Source: Eubacteriales bacterium
GTDB lineage: Bacteria; Bacillota; Clostridia; Oscillospirales; CAG-272
Direction of reading: 5' to 3'
Assembly: GCA_045657105.1 (NCBI GenBank)
Contig: JAZOSN010000021.1
Span: 3,655-67,654 of the forward strand
DNA: 64,000 nt
A model generated the notes under the pieces. That model saw only the letters and a list, made by a program, of their open reading frames with translations, made no database searches and was not told the origin of the DNA. Made by a program: the position numbers and the translations under genes. Position 1 is the stretch's first letter. Every line of letters starts with the position of its first letter. Below are positions 1 through 7,415 of this stretch, one piece after another.

Positions 1-104
1 TAATAATCAGGAAAATCAAGGCCGTTTTTTATAATCTCATGAACTTCCAAGTAATAATTCACATTTGAAAAATCAAGTATGTATTTTTCCGTGTTTTCGT
101 GCAT
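1..104 (-). CDS. barstar-like ribonuclease inhibitor (5' part only; gene runs off the window edge)
   Basis: ATG at 104-102 is preceded by GGAGGAGA (rc of 111-118). The translation MHENTEKYILDFSNVNYYLEVHEIIKNGLDFPDYY.. fits the barstar N-terminal pattern (..LH..L...L.LP.YYG.NLDAL). It is absent from the ORF track because the window truncates it. Confidence 0.55.
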   Translation of the reverse strand, partial: MHENTEKYILDFSNVNYYLEVHEIIKNGLDFPDY

Positions 105-106
105 TT

Positions 107-229
107 TTATTCTCCTCCCAATATTTCATAAAACGTCGTATAATGATCATAAGTGACAAAAATCAATCCATCGTTTGAATATAGAATCCTTGCAGTTCCC
201 CGATATCCCGTATTAAACAGTATTAACTT
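107..229 (-). pseudogene. C-terminal remnant of a barnase/RNase Sa-type guanyl-specific ribonuclease
   Basis: A stop-bounded 40-codon frame (TAA 232-230 upstream, TAA 109-107 at the end) reads KLILFNTGYRGTARILYSNDGLIFVTYDHYTTFYEILGGE*. It resembles the barnase C-terminus ..DRILYSSDWLIYKTTDHYQTFTKIR. It has no start codon, and I cannot find the N-terminal two-thirds upstream. It ends 2 nt before the barstar-like ATG. Confidence 0.45.
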
Positions 230-372
230 TTACTTGCTATAAACATTTTAACATATATTCCGTGAATTTACAAGTTTTAATATTATTTTTATTTCATAAG
301 TGTAAACATAAGTGTAAACTGAGAAAAATCACAGTTTTTTATAGAAATATTTTCATTTTTCGTCATTTTCTA

Positions 373-401
373 TTGACGAAAGCACTTTTGTTGTATATAA
401 T
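373..401 (+). promoter_or_regulatory. sigma-A-like promoter motif overlapping the glnN ATG
   Basis: TTGACG (373-378), 17 nt, TATAAT (396-401). The -10 box overlaps the ATG at 400, so it is either coincidental or serves an alternative GTG start at 454. Confidence 0.3.
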
Positions 402-2538
402 GAGTAAACAAAAAGCGTTTTTGGCGCAAAATTTCGAAACGAGGCAAACGAAAGTGGCAAATCTTAATTCACTCTTCGGAAGCCGTGTCTTTAACGACTC
501 GGTAATGAAGGAAAGACTTCCGAAGGAAACCTACATATCACTCAGAAATACAATATCCGAGGGCAAGGAGCTCGACATCTCGGTAGCGAACATCGTTGCC
601 AACGCGATGAAGGACTGGGCAATTGACAACGGCGCGACACACTATACTCACTGGTTCCAGCCGATGACAGGAATCACCGCCGAAAAGCACGACTCCTTTA
701 TGACCGTCCAGAGCGACGGAACCGTGCTCACCAAGTTCTCGGGCAAAAATCTTATCAAGGGCGAGTCTGACGCCTCCTCATTCCCGTCGGGCGGACTTCG
801 CGCGACCTTTGAGGCGCGCGGATACACCGCGTGGGACCCGACCTCCTACGCCTTTATAAAGGACGACACTCTCTGCATACCTACCGTATTCTGCTCTCAC
901 GGAGGCGAGGTTCTTGACAAAAAGACTCCCCTGCTCCGCTCTATCGAGGCGTTTTCACATCAGGCGCTCCGCGTTATGAGGCTTCTCGGAGATAACGAAT
1001 CGACGAGAATTACCCCGATGGTCGGCGCAGAGCAGGAATATTTCCTTGTTGACAAGGATATGTATGAAAAGCGCAGTGACCTTATATTCACAGGAAAAAC
1101 GCTTTTCGGTGCGCGTCCTCCCAAAACACAGGAGCTTAATGACCAGTATTACGGAACTATCAGTCCGAAGGTCAAAAAATATATGGCAGACCTTGACCGC
1201 GAGCTCTGGGCTCTCGGAGTTTACGCCAAGACTGAGCATAACGAGGCAGCTCCCGCTCAGCACGAGCTTGCTCCCACATATTCGAACGCGAACACCGCGA
1301 CCGACCACAATCAGCTTATGATGGAAACGATGAAAACGGTCGCGCTCCGTCACGGATTTGTCTGTCTGCTCGGAGAAAAGCCGTTCGACGGCATCAACGG
1401 AAGCGGAAAGCATAACAACTGGTCGGCATCGACCAACACCGGAATCGATCTCTTCAAGCCGGGCAAGGAGCCTTACGAAAACACCCGTTTTCTGCTCTTC
1501 CTTGCGGCTATGATAAAAGCGGTCGATCAGTATCAGGATCTTCTGAGAATTTCGGTAGCATCGGCATCGAACGATCGCCGCCTCGGCGGTCACGAGGCTC
1601 CGCCCGCGATACTTTCAATCTTCCTCGGAGAAGAGCTCACCGACATAATAGACTCGATAATCACCGGCAAAAAGTACGGCGGAAGCAAGAAAATGAATAT
1701 GGAAACAGGTGTAAACTCCCTTCCCGAATTCGTTCGCGACAACACCGACAGAAACCGCACCTCGCCTTTTGCATTTACAGGTAACAAGTTTGAGTTCCGT
1801 ATGCCGGGCGCATCGCAGTCGATCGCGGATCCCAACATCGTGCTCAATACGATAATGGCAGACGCCCTCTGCGAGTTTGCCGACAAGCTCGAAAAGAAGC
1901 AGGACGATATCGAAAATGCCGCTCGCCGTCTTGCGAGAGATACCTTTAAAAAGCACCGCCGCATTCTCTTTAACGGAAACGGCTATGCCGAGGAGTGGGT
2001 AAAGGAAGCCGAAAACCGCGGACTTTGCAACTATCGCACGACGGCAGATGCAGTTCCACACCTCACAGATGCGAAAAACGTATCACTTTTCGCGCGTCAT
2101 CACGTTTATACCGAAGCCGAGCTCATCTCGCGCCGCGAGATAATGTTCGGAGATTACGTAAAGGTAACCCACATAGAAGCGTCCACGATGCTCGACATGG
2201 CGAAAAAGGAGATAATCCCTGCCGCTCTGTCTTATATGAAGGAAATCGCGGAAACTGTGGTAAGCTTCTGCGAGATCGGACTTGACGCCTCGTCATACAA
2301 AACGCTTGCAAGCAAGATCTCACAGAACACGGCAAGCCTTTCGGCATCTCTTGACGAGCTCACCTCGCGCCTTGAAAAGCTCAACTCGATAAAGGCGATT
2401 TCCGAGCAGGCAGAGTTCTGCCGTGACAGTGTGATCCCGAAGATGAACGAGATCAGATCGTATGCCGACGAGCTCGAAACGCTCGTGGCAAGGAAATATT
2501 GGCCCTTCCCCACCTACGGCGAGATGCTGTTTGTCTAA
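400..2538 (+). CDS. glnN: glutamine synthetase, type III
   Basis: From ATG 400 the product carries GSIII hallmarks: FGSRVFNDSVMKERLPKETY, THYTHWFQPMTG, SFPSGGLRATFEARGYTAWD, EQEYFLVD, HNEAAPAQHELAP, NGSGKHNNWS. The 262-399 extension in the ORF track is AT-rich junk. An alternative start is GTG 454, with GAGG at 441-444. Confidence 0.9.
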   Translation: MSKQKAFLAQNFETRQTKVANLNSLFGSRVFNDSVMKERLPKETYISLRNTISEGKELDISVANIVANAMKDWAIDNGATHYTHWFQPMTGITAEKHDSFMTVQSDGTVLTKFSGKNLIKGESDASSFPSGGLRATFEARGYTAWDPTSYAFIKDDTLCIPTVFCSHGGEVLDKKTPLLRSIEAFSHQALRVMRLLGDNESTRITPMVGAEQEYFLVDKDMYEKRSDLIFTGKTLFGARPPKTQELNDQYYGTISPKVKKYMADLDRELWALGVYAKTEHNEAAPAQHELAPTYSNANTATDHNQLMMETMKTVALRHGFVCLLGEKPFDGINGSGKHNNWSASTNTGIDLFKPGKEPYENTRFLLFLAAMIKAVDQYQDLLRISVASASNDRRLGGHEAPPAILSIFLGEELTDIIDSIITGKKYGGSKKMNMETGVNSLPEFVRDNTDRNRTSPFAFTGNKFEFRMPGASQSIADPNIVLNTIMADALCEFADKLEKKQDDIENAARRLARDTFKKHRRILFNGNGYAEEWVKEAENRGLCNYRTTADAVPHLTDAKNVSLFARHHVYTEAELISRREIMFGDYVKVTHIEASTMLDMAKKEIIPAALSYMKEIAETVVSFCEIGLDASSYKTLASKISQNTASLSASLDELTSRLEKLNSIKAISEQAEFCRDSVIPKMNEIRSYADELETLVARKYWPFPTYGEMLFV

Positions 2539-2548
2539 CAAAAGCCTT

Positions 2549-2583
2549 AATAAGCAAATCCGACGGAAATTCCGTCGGATTTT
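2549..2583. repeat. 35-bp perfect direct repeat, copy 1 (contains the terminator hairpin)
   Basis: AATAAGCAAATCCGACGGAAATTCCGTCGGATTTT is identical to 3118-3152. The flanking bases differ on both sides. Confidence 0.95.
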
Positions 2584-2585
2584 TA
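2556..2585. terminator. rho-independent terminator, bidirectional (glnN on plus, AbrB-like gene on minus)
   Basis: Stem AAATCCGACGG / CCGTCGGATTT, loop AAATT, followed by a T-run at 2580-2584. Confidence 0.7.
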
Positions 2586-2591
2586 ATTGTC

Positions 2592-2762
2592 CTACTTATC
2601 TTCTGTTTTAACCAAAATATATTCCGGATTTTTAATAAGTAATCCTTCTTCGGTAGCAATTATTTCAACTTGCTTTTCAAGCGCGTACCTCGCCCGTAAT
2701 TCCTTTGGCAGAACTATTCTTCCGAGCTTGTCTATTTCTTTCGTTATTCCTATCTTTTCCAT
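2592..2762 (-). CDS. AbrB/MazE/SpoVT-family DNA-binding protein (56 aa)
   Basis: Below the 60-aa track cutoff. ATG is at 2762-2760 with AAAGGAGA upstream. The translation is MEKIGITKEIDKLGRIVLPKELRARYALEKQVEIIATEEGLLIKNPEYILVKTEDK*. The ..D.LGRIV.P.E.R..L.. looped-hinge motif is typical of AbrB/SpoVT. Confidence 0.75.
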   Translation of the reverse strand: MEKIGITKEIDKLGRIVLPKELRARYALEKQVEIIATEEGLLIKNPEYILVKTEDK

Positions 2763-2803
2763 TTAATTTCTCCTTTAATGTGTAAAAAAAGACAAATTCT
2801 TAT

Positions 2804-2872
2804 CTTTAACACAATTATAGCACAAAAAAGTGTTAAAGTCAAGTAAATTCTTAATATTAGCACAAAAAGTGG
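2804..2872. promoter_or_regulatory. putative operator region between the divergent AbrB-like and XRE genes
   Basis: Inverted repeat CTTTAACAC (2804-2812) / GTGTTAAAG (2830-2838). A direct repeat TAGCACAAAAA(A)GTG occurs at 2818-2832 and at about 2858-2871. Confidence 0.35.
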
Positions 2873-2879
2873 TGAATTT

Positions 2880-3122
2880 ATGAAGATCTATGATTTTAAC
2901 GGAAGTAAAAACATTTGCGGTACAAGAGTTAAAGAGGCGAGGAAGAAATTAAATCTTTCACAGGAAAATCTTGCGGCGAAATTGCAGATAAACGGAGTTA
3001 TTCTGGAAAGAGATAGTATAAGCCGAATCGAGATCGGCACACGCTTTGTCGCAGACTACGAGCTTTTGGTTCTCTGCAAGGTTTTAAACGTAACGCCCGC
3101 CTATCTTTTAGGTCTTGAATAA
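2880..3122 (+). CDS. XRE-family helix-turn-helix transcriptional regulator (80 aa)
   Basis: GTRVKEARKKLNLSQENLAAKLQINGVILERDSISRIEIGTRFVADYELLVLCKVLNVTPAYLLG is the classic HTH_3/Cro-CI pattern. Confidence 0.85.
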   Translation: MKIYDFNGSKNICGTRVKEARKKLNLSQENLAAKLQINGVILERDSISRIEIGTRFVADYELLVLCKVLNVTPAYLLGLE

Positions 3123-3152
3123 GCAAATCCGACGGAAATTCCGTCGGATTTT
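3118..3152. repeat. 35-bp perfect direct repeat, copy 2 (contains the terminator hairpin and the XRE stop codon)
   Basis: Identical to 2549-2583. The hairpin at 3125-3151 plus its T-run also works as a bidirectional terminator for the XRE gene and the minus-strand gene ending at 3171. Confidence 0.95.
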
Positions 3153-3170
3153 CTTTTCAAAAACACCGTT

Positions 3171-4430
3171 TTATCTCACGACAACAGAGCGCAGGGCGCG
3201 GTAGAGATCGTCAACGTCCTGCTTTTGCGAGAATGCCCCGAAGCTTACGCGCACACCTCCGCCGCTTTGATAGCTTCCTACCCTGCGGTGAGCGAGCGGT
3301 GCACAGTGCAGACCGCTTCGCACGCATAGCCCCTGCCTGTCAAGATATTCACCGACCTCTTTGCAGTGTATTCCTTCAATATTAAATAGCATTATCGATC
3401 CGACGCTTTCATTTGGAAGATATATTCTCACCCTCGGCAGAGTCGAAAGCGCGCTTTTTGCATAGCTCACAAGAGAGCTCTCGTGTCTGCCTATTTCTTT
3501 TGCTCCGCGCTCGATAACGTATTTCATTCCCTCGCAAAGACCTGCTATTGCAGGTGTCGGAAGTGTTCCTGCCTCCATTCTGTGCGGAAGAGTTATCGGC
3601 ATACTCCGCTCGGACGAGCTCGATCCGCTTCCGCCGAAATAAAAGGGATCGATGTCGGACGCTCTCACGTTTTCTCCGAGCAAGAGAATTCCCGAGCCCT
3701 GCGGACCGCAAAGCCCCTTGTGACCGGGCGCGCAGATCGCCCACGCCGAGCATCTTTTAATATCTATATCGCTGTTTCCTGCCGACTGCGACGCGTCAAC
3801 GACGAACTTTATTCCCTTTTCGGCGCAGAGGCGTCCTACTTCGTCTATCGGAAGCTCTATCGGCACGATGTTTGATTTGTGGCATGCGACAACGAGCACG
3901 GTGTCGCTTTTTATGCGGCTTTCAATATTTTGCAGTATATTTTCTGCCGTGCCCACGCTCGGATAGATTTCGAGCGTTATTTTCCCCGTTTCAGCAAGAT
4001 GAGAGAGCGGACGGTAAACCGAATTATGCTCAATATCCGATATAAGAACGTGACCGCCGTCCTTTGTCGCCGAAAATATCGCCATATTGAGTGCCTCGGT
4101 CGCGTTGTGAGTAAATATAACGTGCTCAGGCTTTGACGAGCCAAATATCTGTGCGCAGAGCTCTCTCGCCTCGTTTATCTTTTCTCCTGCGCGTCTTGAC
4201 AGAATGTGCGAGCCTCTGCCCGGATTTCCGCCGTACTCGTTTATCGCGCGAAGCATCTCTTCACCGACCTCGCGAGGCTTCGGAAACGAGGTTGCCGCGT
4301 TGTCAAGGTAAACGAGTCTTTCCGGATTTCTCGACAACAGCGGAGTATTTTGACTGTGATTTGTATTTTGTCCATAACTGCCCGCGCCGTTTTTGGGCAT
4401 AGAGTTACGGTAATTTGAACTTCTTTTCAT
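3171..4430 (-). CDS. class V aminotransferase-fold cysteine desulfurase-like enzyme
   Basis: YLDNAATSFPKP, PLP-lysine context APGHKGLCGPQGSGILL, and active-site Cys context RSGLHCAPLAH. It has a low-complexity N-terminal extension of about 38 aa. The exact start is uncertain. Confidence 0.8.
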   Translation of the reverse strand: MKRSSNYRNSMPKNGAGSYGQNTNHSQNTPLLSRNPERLVYLDNAATSFPKPREVGEEMLRAINEYGGNPGRGSHILSRRAGEKINEARELCAQIFGSSKPEHVIFTHNATEALNMAIFSATKDGGHVLISDIEHNSVYRPLSHLAETGKITLEIYPSVGTAENILQNIESRIKSDTVLVVACHKSNIVPIELPIDEVGRLCAEKGIKFVVDASQSAGNSDIDIKRCSAWAICAPGHKGLCGPQGSGILLLGENVRASDIDPFYFGGSGSSSSERSMPITLPHRMEAGTLPTPAIAGLCEGMKYVIERGAKEIGRHESSLVSYAKSALSTLPRVRIYLPNESVGSIMLFNIEGIHCKEVGEYLDRQGLCVRSGLHCAPLAHRRVGSYQSGGGVRVSFGAFSQKQDVDDLYRALRSVVVR

Positions 4431-4597
4431 AATATATACATCTACCCTTTCGGTAATATTATTCTCTTACATTTTATGCGGAAAATATTTTTCGGTGAGT
4501 GGGTGCAGTCCTTTTGTAACGTCCGAGCCAACGTATGTCTGCGCGACTGTTTTTTATAAAATCCGAGAGCAAAAAATCAAAATTTTTTTAAAAGGTA

Positions 4598-4626
4598 TTG
4601 ACAAGAGCAAAATAAGGGTTTATAAT
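4598..4626 (+). promoter_or_regulatory. consensus sigma-A promoter of the aro leader/operon
   Basis: TTGACA (4598-4603), 17 nt, TATAAT (4621-4626). Confidence 0.7.
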
Positions 4627-4685
4627 ACACTCGTTAGTTGGTAAATTTCACGACTTTAAAATTTCAGGGAGAAAAAAGTAAAGTT

Positions 4686-4775
4686 ATGGCAAACATCGCT
4701 CATTCTTTTCAGTTTAGCTGCTTTTACTACTGCTTTATCGGCTTTTGCGATAAGGCTTTTTGTGGTTGCAACTGA
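4686..4775 (+). CDS. candidate leader peptide (29 aa) rich in Phe/Tyr/Cys
   Basis: The peptide is MANIAHSFQFSCFYYCFIGFCDKAFCGCN*, with 6 Phe (all TTT), 2 Tyr and 5 Cys. GGGAG lies 14 nt upstream. Its last codons overlap the antiterminator arm. Confidence 0.5.
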   Translation: MANIAHSFQFSCFYYCFIGFCDKAFCGCN

Positions 4776-4817
4776 GAAAGTACGAGTTTGAGATAACATT
4801 CTCTTATAAAACCGTAT

Positions 4818-4844
4818 CCGCAACCACAGTGTTGCGGTTTTTTG
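4818..4844 (+). terminator. attenuator terminator upstream of aroF
   Basis: Stem CCGCAAC (4818-4824) / GTTGCGG (4831-4837), followed by TTTTTT. The competing antiterminator pairs TGTGGTTGC (4761-4769) with GCAACCACA (4820-4828), 9 bp, perfect. Confidence 0.7.
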
Positions 4845-4903
4845 TTTTGAAATTTACATTTTAAAATTTATATTATACTTTCCATCTAAAAGGAGATAAA
4901 ATC

Positions 4904-5911
4904 ATGGTAGTTGTACTCAAACCCAATCCCGAAAAAGAAAGGCTGGATGCCCTCGTTGAATGGTTAAAGGGCAAAAATGTTGCTATTCATCAGGTTAACG
5001 GCGAGTCCAAGGTGATTCTCGGTATTATCGGCGACACCTCGAAGCTTGACATCGACCTCATTCGCGCGATGGAGATCGTTGAGGACGTCAAGCGTGTCAA
5101 GGAGCCTTACAAGGATGCAAACCGTCAGTTCCACCCCGAGGATACCGTTATTAAGGTGAAGGATACCCAGATCGGCGGCGGCAATCTTACCATTATGGCA
5201 GGTCCCTGCTCGGTTGAAACCGAGGGGCAGATCGTCGGCATCGCAAAGGCGGTAAAGGAAGCGGGCGCAACTCTTCTGCGCGGCGGAAGCTTCAAGCCCA
5301 GAACCTCGCCATACTCCTTCCAAGGACTCGGTGCAGAAGGTCTTGAGCTTCTCAAAATCGCAAGCCGCGAAACAGGTCTTCCCGTAGTTACCGAAATAAT
5401 GGATATCTCTCAGCTTCCTCTCTTCGAGGACGTTGACGTAATTCAGGTCGGAACGAGAAATATGCAAAACTTCAACCTTCTAAAAGAGCTTGGAAAGCAG
5501 AAAAAGCCGGTAATGATCAAAAGAGGTATGTCCGCAACCTACGAGGAACTCCTTATGAGTGCGGAATACGTCATGTCCGAGGGTAACGAGAACGTAATTC
5601 TCTGCGAAAGAGGAATCCGCACCTTCGAAACCTACACAAGAAACACTCTCGACATAGCGGCAATTCCGGTGCTTAAAAAGCTTTCTCACTTCCCGATAAT
5701 CATCGACCCGAGCCACGCTACCGGTAAATCGGCGCTCGTTTCCGATCTGGCTATCGCGGCAGTTGCGGCAGGCGCGGACGGACTTATGCTAGAGGTACAC
5801 AACGATCCCTCAAAGGCTTGGTGCGACGGCGCTCAGTCGATAAAGCCTGACACCTTCGCCACTCTTGCAAGAAAAGCTCTCGCTCTCCATGAGTTCATGA
5901 AAACTCTCTAA
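4904..5911 (+). CDS. aroF: 3-deoxy-7-phosphoheptulonate (DAHP) synthase, type I-beta with an N-terminal regulatory domain
   Basis: Strong RBS AAAGGAGA. Motifs IMAGPCSVE, LLRGGSFKPRTSPYSFQGLG, PVVTEI, DVIQVGTRNMQNF and IIDPSHATG. Confidence 0.9.
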   Translation: MVVVLKPNPEKERLDALVEWLKGKNVAIHQVNGESKVILGIIGDTSKLDIDLIRAMEIVEDVKRVKEPYKDANRQFHPEDTVIKVKDTQIGGGNLTIMAGPCSVETEGQIVGIAKAVKEAGATLLRGGSFKPRTSPYSFQGLGAEGLELLKIASRETGLPVVTEIMDISQLPLFEDVDVIQVGTRNMQNFNLLKELGKQKKPVMIKRGMSATYEELLMSAEYVMSEGNENVILCERGIRTFETYTRNTLDIAAIPVLKKLSHFPIIIDPSHATGKSALVSDLAIAAVAAGADGLMLEVHNDPSKAWCDGAQSIKPDTFATLARKALALHEFMKTL

Positions 5912-6023
5912 GATAAAAACGGCGACTCGGACGCTCTGCGCGAGCTTCTGAAAGAAGGCAGAGAGCATAAATCGAGCGCAGGCGGCAACTGATAGTCTGA
6001 AATTTCGGAAAGGAAACCCTTTT

Positions 6024-7286
6024 ATGAGTTCACCCTTAAAATTTGATCTGGTCGTGCAGGGCGGCGGCAGAGCCCCCGTGAGCGCGGTGGCGATCCCTTC
6101 AAAATCAGAGCTTCACAGGCTTCTTATTGCCTGCGCCCTGTCGGACGCTCCCACGCGTATCGAGTGCTCGCGCTCGATGCGCTCAGAGGATATTGACGCG
6201 ACTGCCGACTGCCTTACGGCTCTCGGAGCGAAGATCTCGTTTAGCGACACCTATATTGACGTCTGTCCGATAGAAAGGATCCCCGACACGCCTCTACTGA
6301 ACTGCCGCGAAAGCGGATCTACTCTCCGCTTTATGCTTCCGATAGCGGCGTCCCTCGGCGCAAATGCGACCTTTATCGGCACAGGACGGCTTCCCGAGCG
6401 TCCGCTCGGCGATCTGACTGCCGTTATGAAGGCACACGGAGTGAGCTTTTCTGCCGAAAAGCTTCCCTTTACGCTCGGCGGAAAGCTAAGCGCAGGCTTT
6501 TACGAGATCTCGGGCAAGGTCAGCTCGCAGTATATCACCGGACTTCTCTTTGCGCTCTCGCTTCTCGACGGATACTCCGAGATAAAGCTCACGAGCACTC
6601 TCGAATCGTCGGCGTACGTTGACATAACCTGCGACGTGCTCGAAAAATTCGGCACAAGGGTAGCAAAGGAGCGCGGAAAATACTCGCTCTTCGGACAGGA
6701 AAGATACTCTTCTCCCAAAAGTGTAAACGCCTCGGGAGATTGGTCTAACGCCTCGTATTTTCTCGCGTCGGGCGCGCTTTTTGCCCCGATAAGGGTTTCC
6801 AACCTCGACCTGTTATCCTCGCAGGGAGATATGAAAATTCTCGAAATACTCGCCGATTTCGGCGCAGACATCGAGATAAACGAGGGCGATGTTATGATAG
6901 CCCCCGATTGTCGAAACGCGATACGCGTAGATCTTTCGCAGATCCCCGATCTGCTTCCCACGCTTGCGGCACTTGCCGTCTTTGCCTGTGGCGAGAGCAC
7001 CTTTTACGGCGGAGCGCGGCTTCGTCTGAAAGAGAGCGACCGCATAAAATCGGTAGCGGCGATGGTGAACTCGCTCGGCGGAGAGGCGAGTGAAACAGAG
7101 GACGGACTTATCGTAAAGGGCAAAAGACCGATCGGCGGAGTTGTCGACAGCTTCGGCGATCACAGAATCGTGATGGCATCATCTCTGATCTCGCTCGGTT
7201 GCGAAAAAGAGGTCACAATCCTCGGCGCAAACGCGGTGAATAAATCGTATCCGACGTTTTTCAGAGAGTTTGGGATAGAAAAATAA
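6024..7286 (+). CDS. aroA: 3-phosphoshikimate 1-carboxyvinyltransferase (EPSP synthase)
   Basis: Motifs PSKSELHRLLIACALS, RESGSTLRFMLPIAASLG, GKVSSQYITGLLFAL, LKESDRI and DHRIVMA. Confidence 0.92.
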   Translation: MSSPLKFDLVVQGGGRAPVSAVAIPSKSELHRLLIACALSDAPTRIECSRSMRSEDIDATADCLTALGAKISFSDTYIDVCPIERIPDTPLLNCRESGSTLRFMLPIAASLGANATFIGTGRLPERPLGDLTAVMKAHGVSFSAEKLPFTLGGKLSAGFYEISGKVSSQYITGLLFALSLLDGYSEIKLTSTLESSAYVDITCDVLEKFGTRVAKERGKYSLFGQERYSSPKSVNASGDWSNASYFLASGALFAPIRVSNLDLLSSQGDMKILEILADFGADIEINEGDVMIAPDCRNAIRVDLSQIPDLLPTLAALAVFACGESTFYGGARLRLKESDRIKSVAAMVNSLGGEASETEDGLIVKGKRPIGGVVDSFGDHRIVMASSLISLGCEKEVTILGANAVNKSYPTFFREFGIEK

Positions 7287-7287
7287 T

Positions 7288-7314
7288 AAAAACCACGCTC
7301 ACGCGTGGTTTTTT
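7288..7314 (+). terminator. rho-independent terminator after aroA
   Basis: AAAAACCACGC-TCAC-GCGTGGTTTTTT. Confidence 0.7.
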
Positions 7315-7354
7315 AATTCAAGAGCCGATACCTGCATTTTACATTTGAGCTCCC

Positions 7355-7383
7355 TTGACATATTTCGCTCAAAATGCTATAAT
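7355..7383 (+). promoter_or_regulatory. consensus sigma-A promoter
   Basis: TTGACA (7355-7360), 17 nt, TATAAT (7378-7383), about 30 nt upstream of the GTG start at 7416. Confidence 0.6.
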
Positions 7384-7415
7384 TTCAGTATACAAATCAC
7401 GAAAGGAAGAACAAC

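Noticed and set aside
262-399. 46-codon N-terminal extension of the glnN ORF (MNLQVLILFLFHKCKHKCKL...)
   Set aside because: It is AT-rich and non-protein-like, begins at a GTG and has no RBS. Homology to type III GS begins at the ATG at 400.
5912-5995. In-frame coding-looking extension after the aroF TAA stop (DKNGDSDALRELLKEGREHKSSAGGN*), considered as stop-codon read-through or a lost fusion
   Set aside because: DAHP synthase is complete at 335 aa. I can see no read-through context or homology, so it is treated as spacer.
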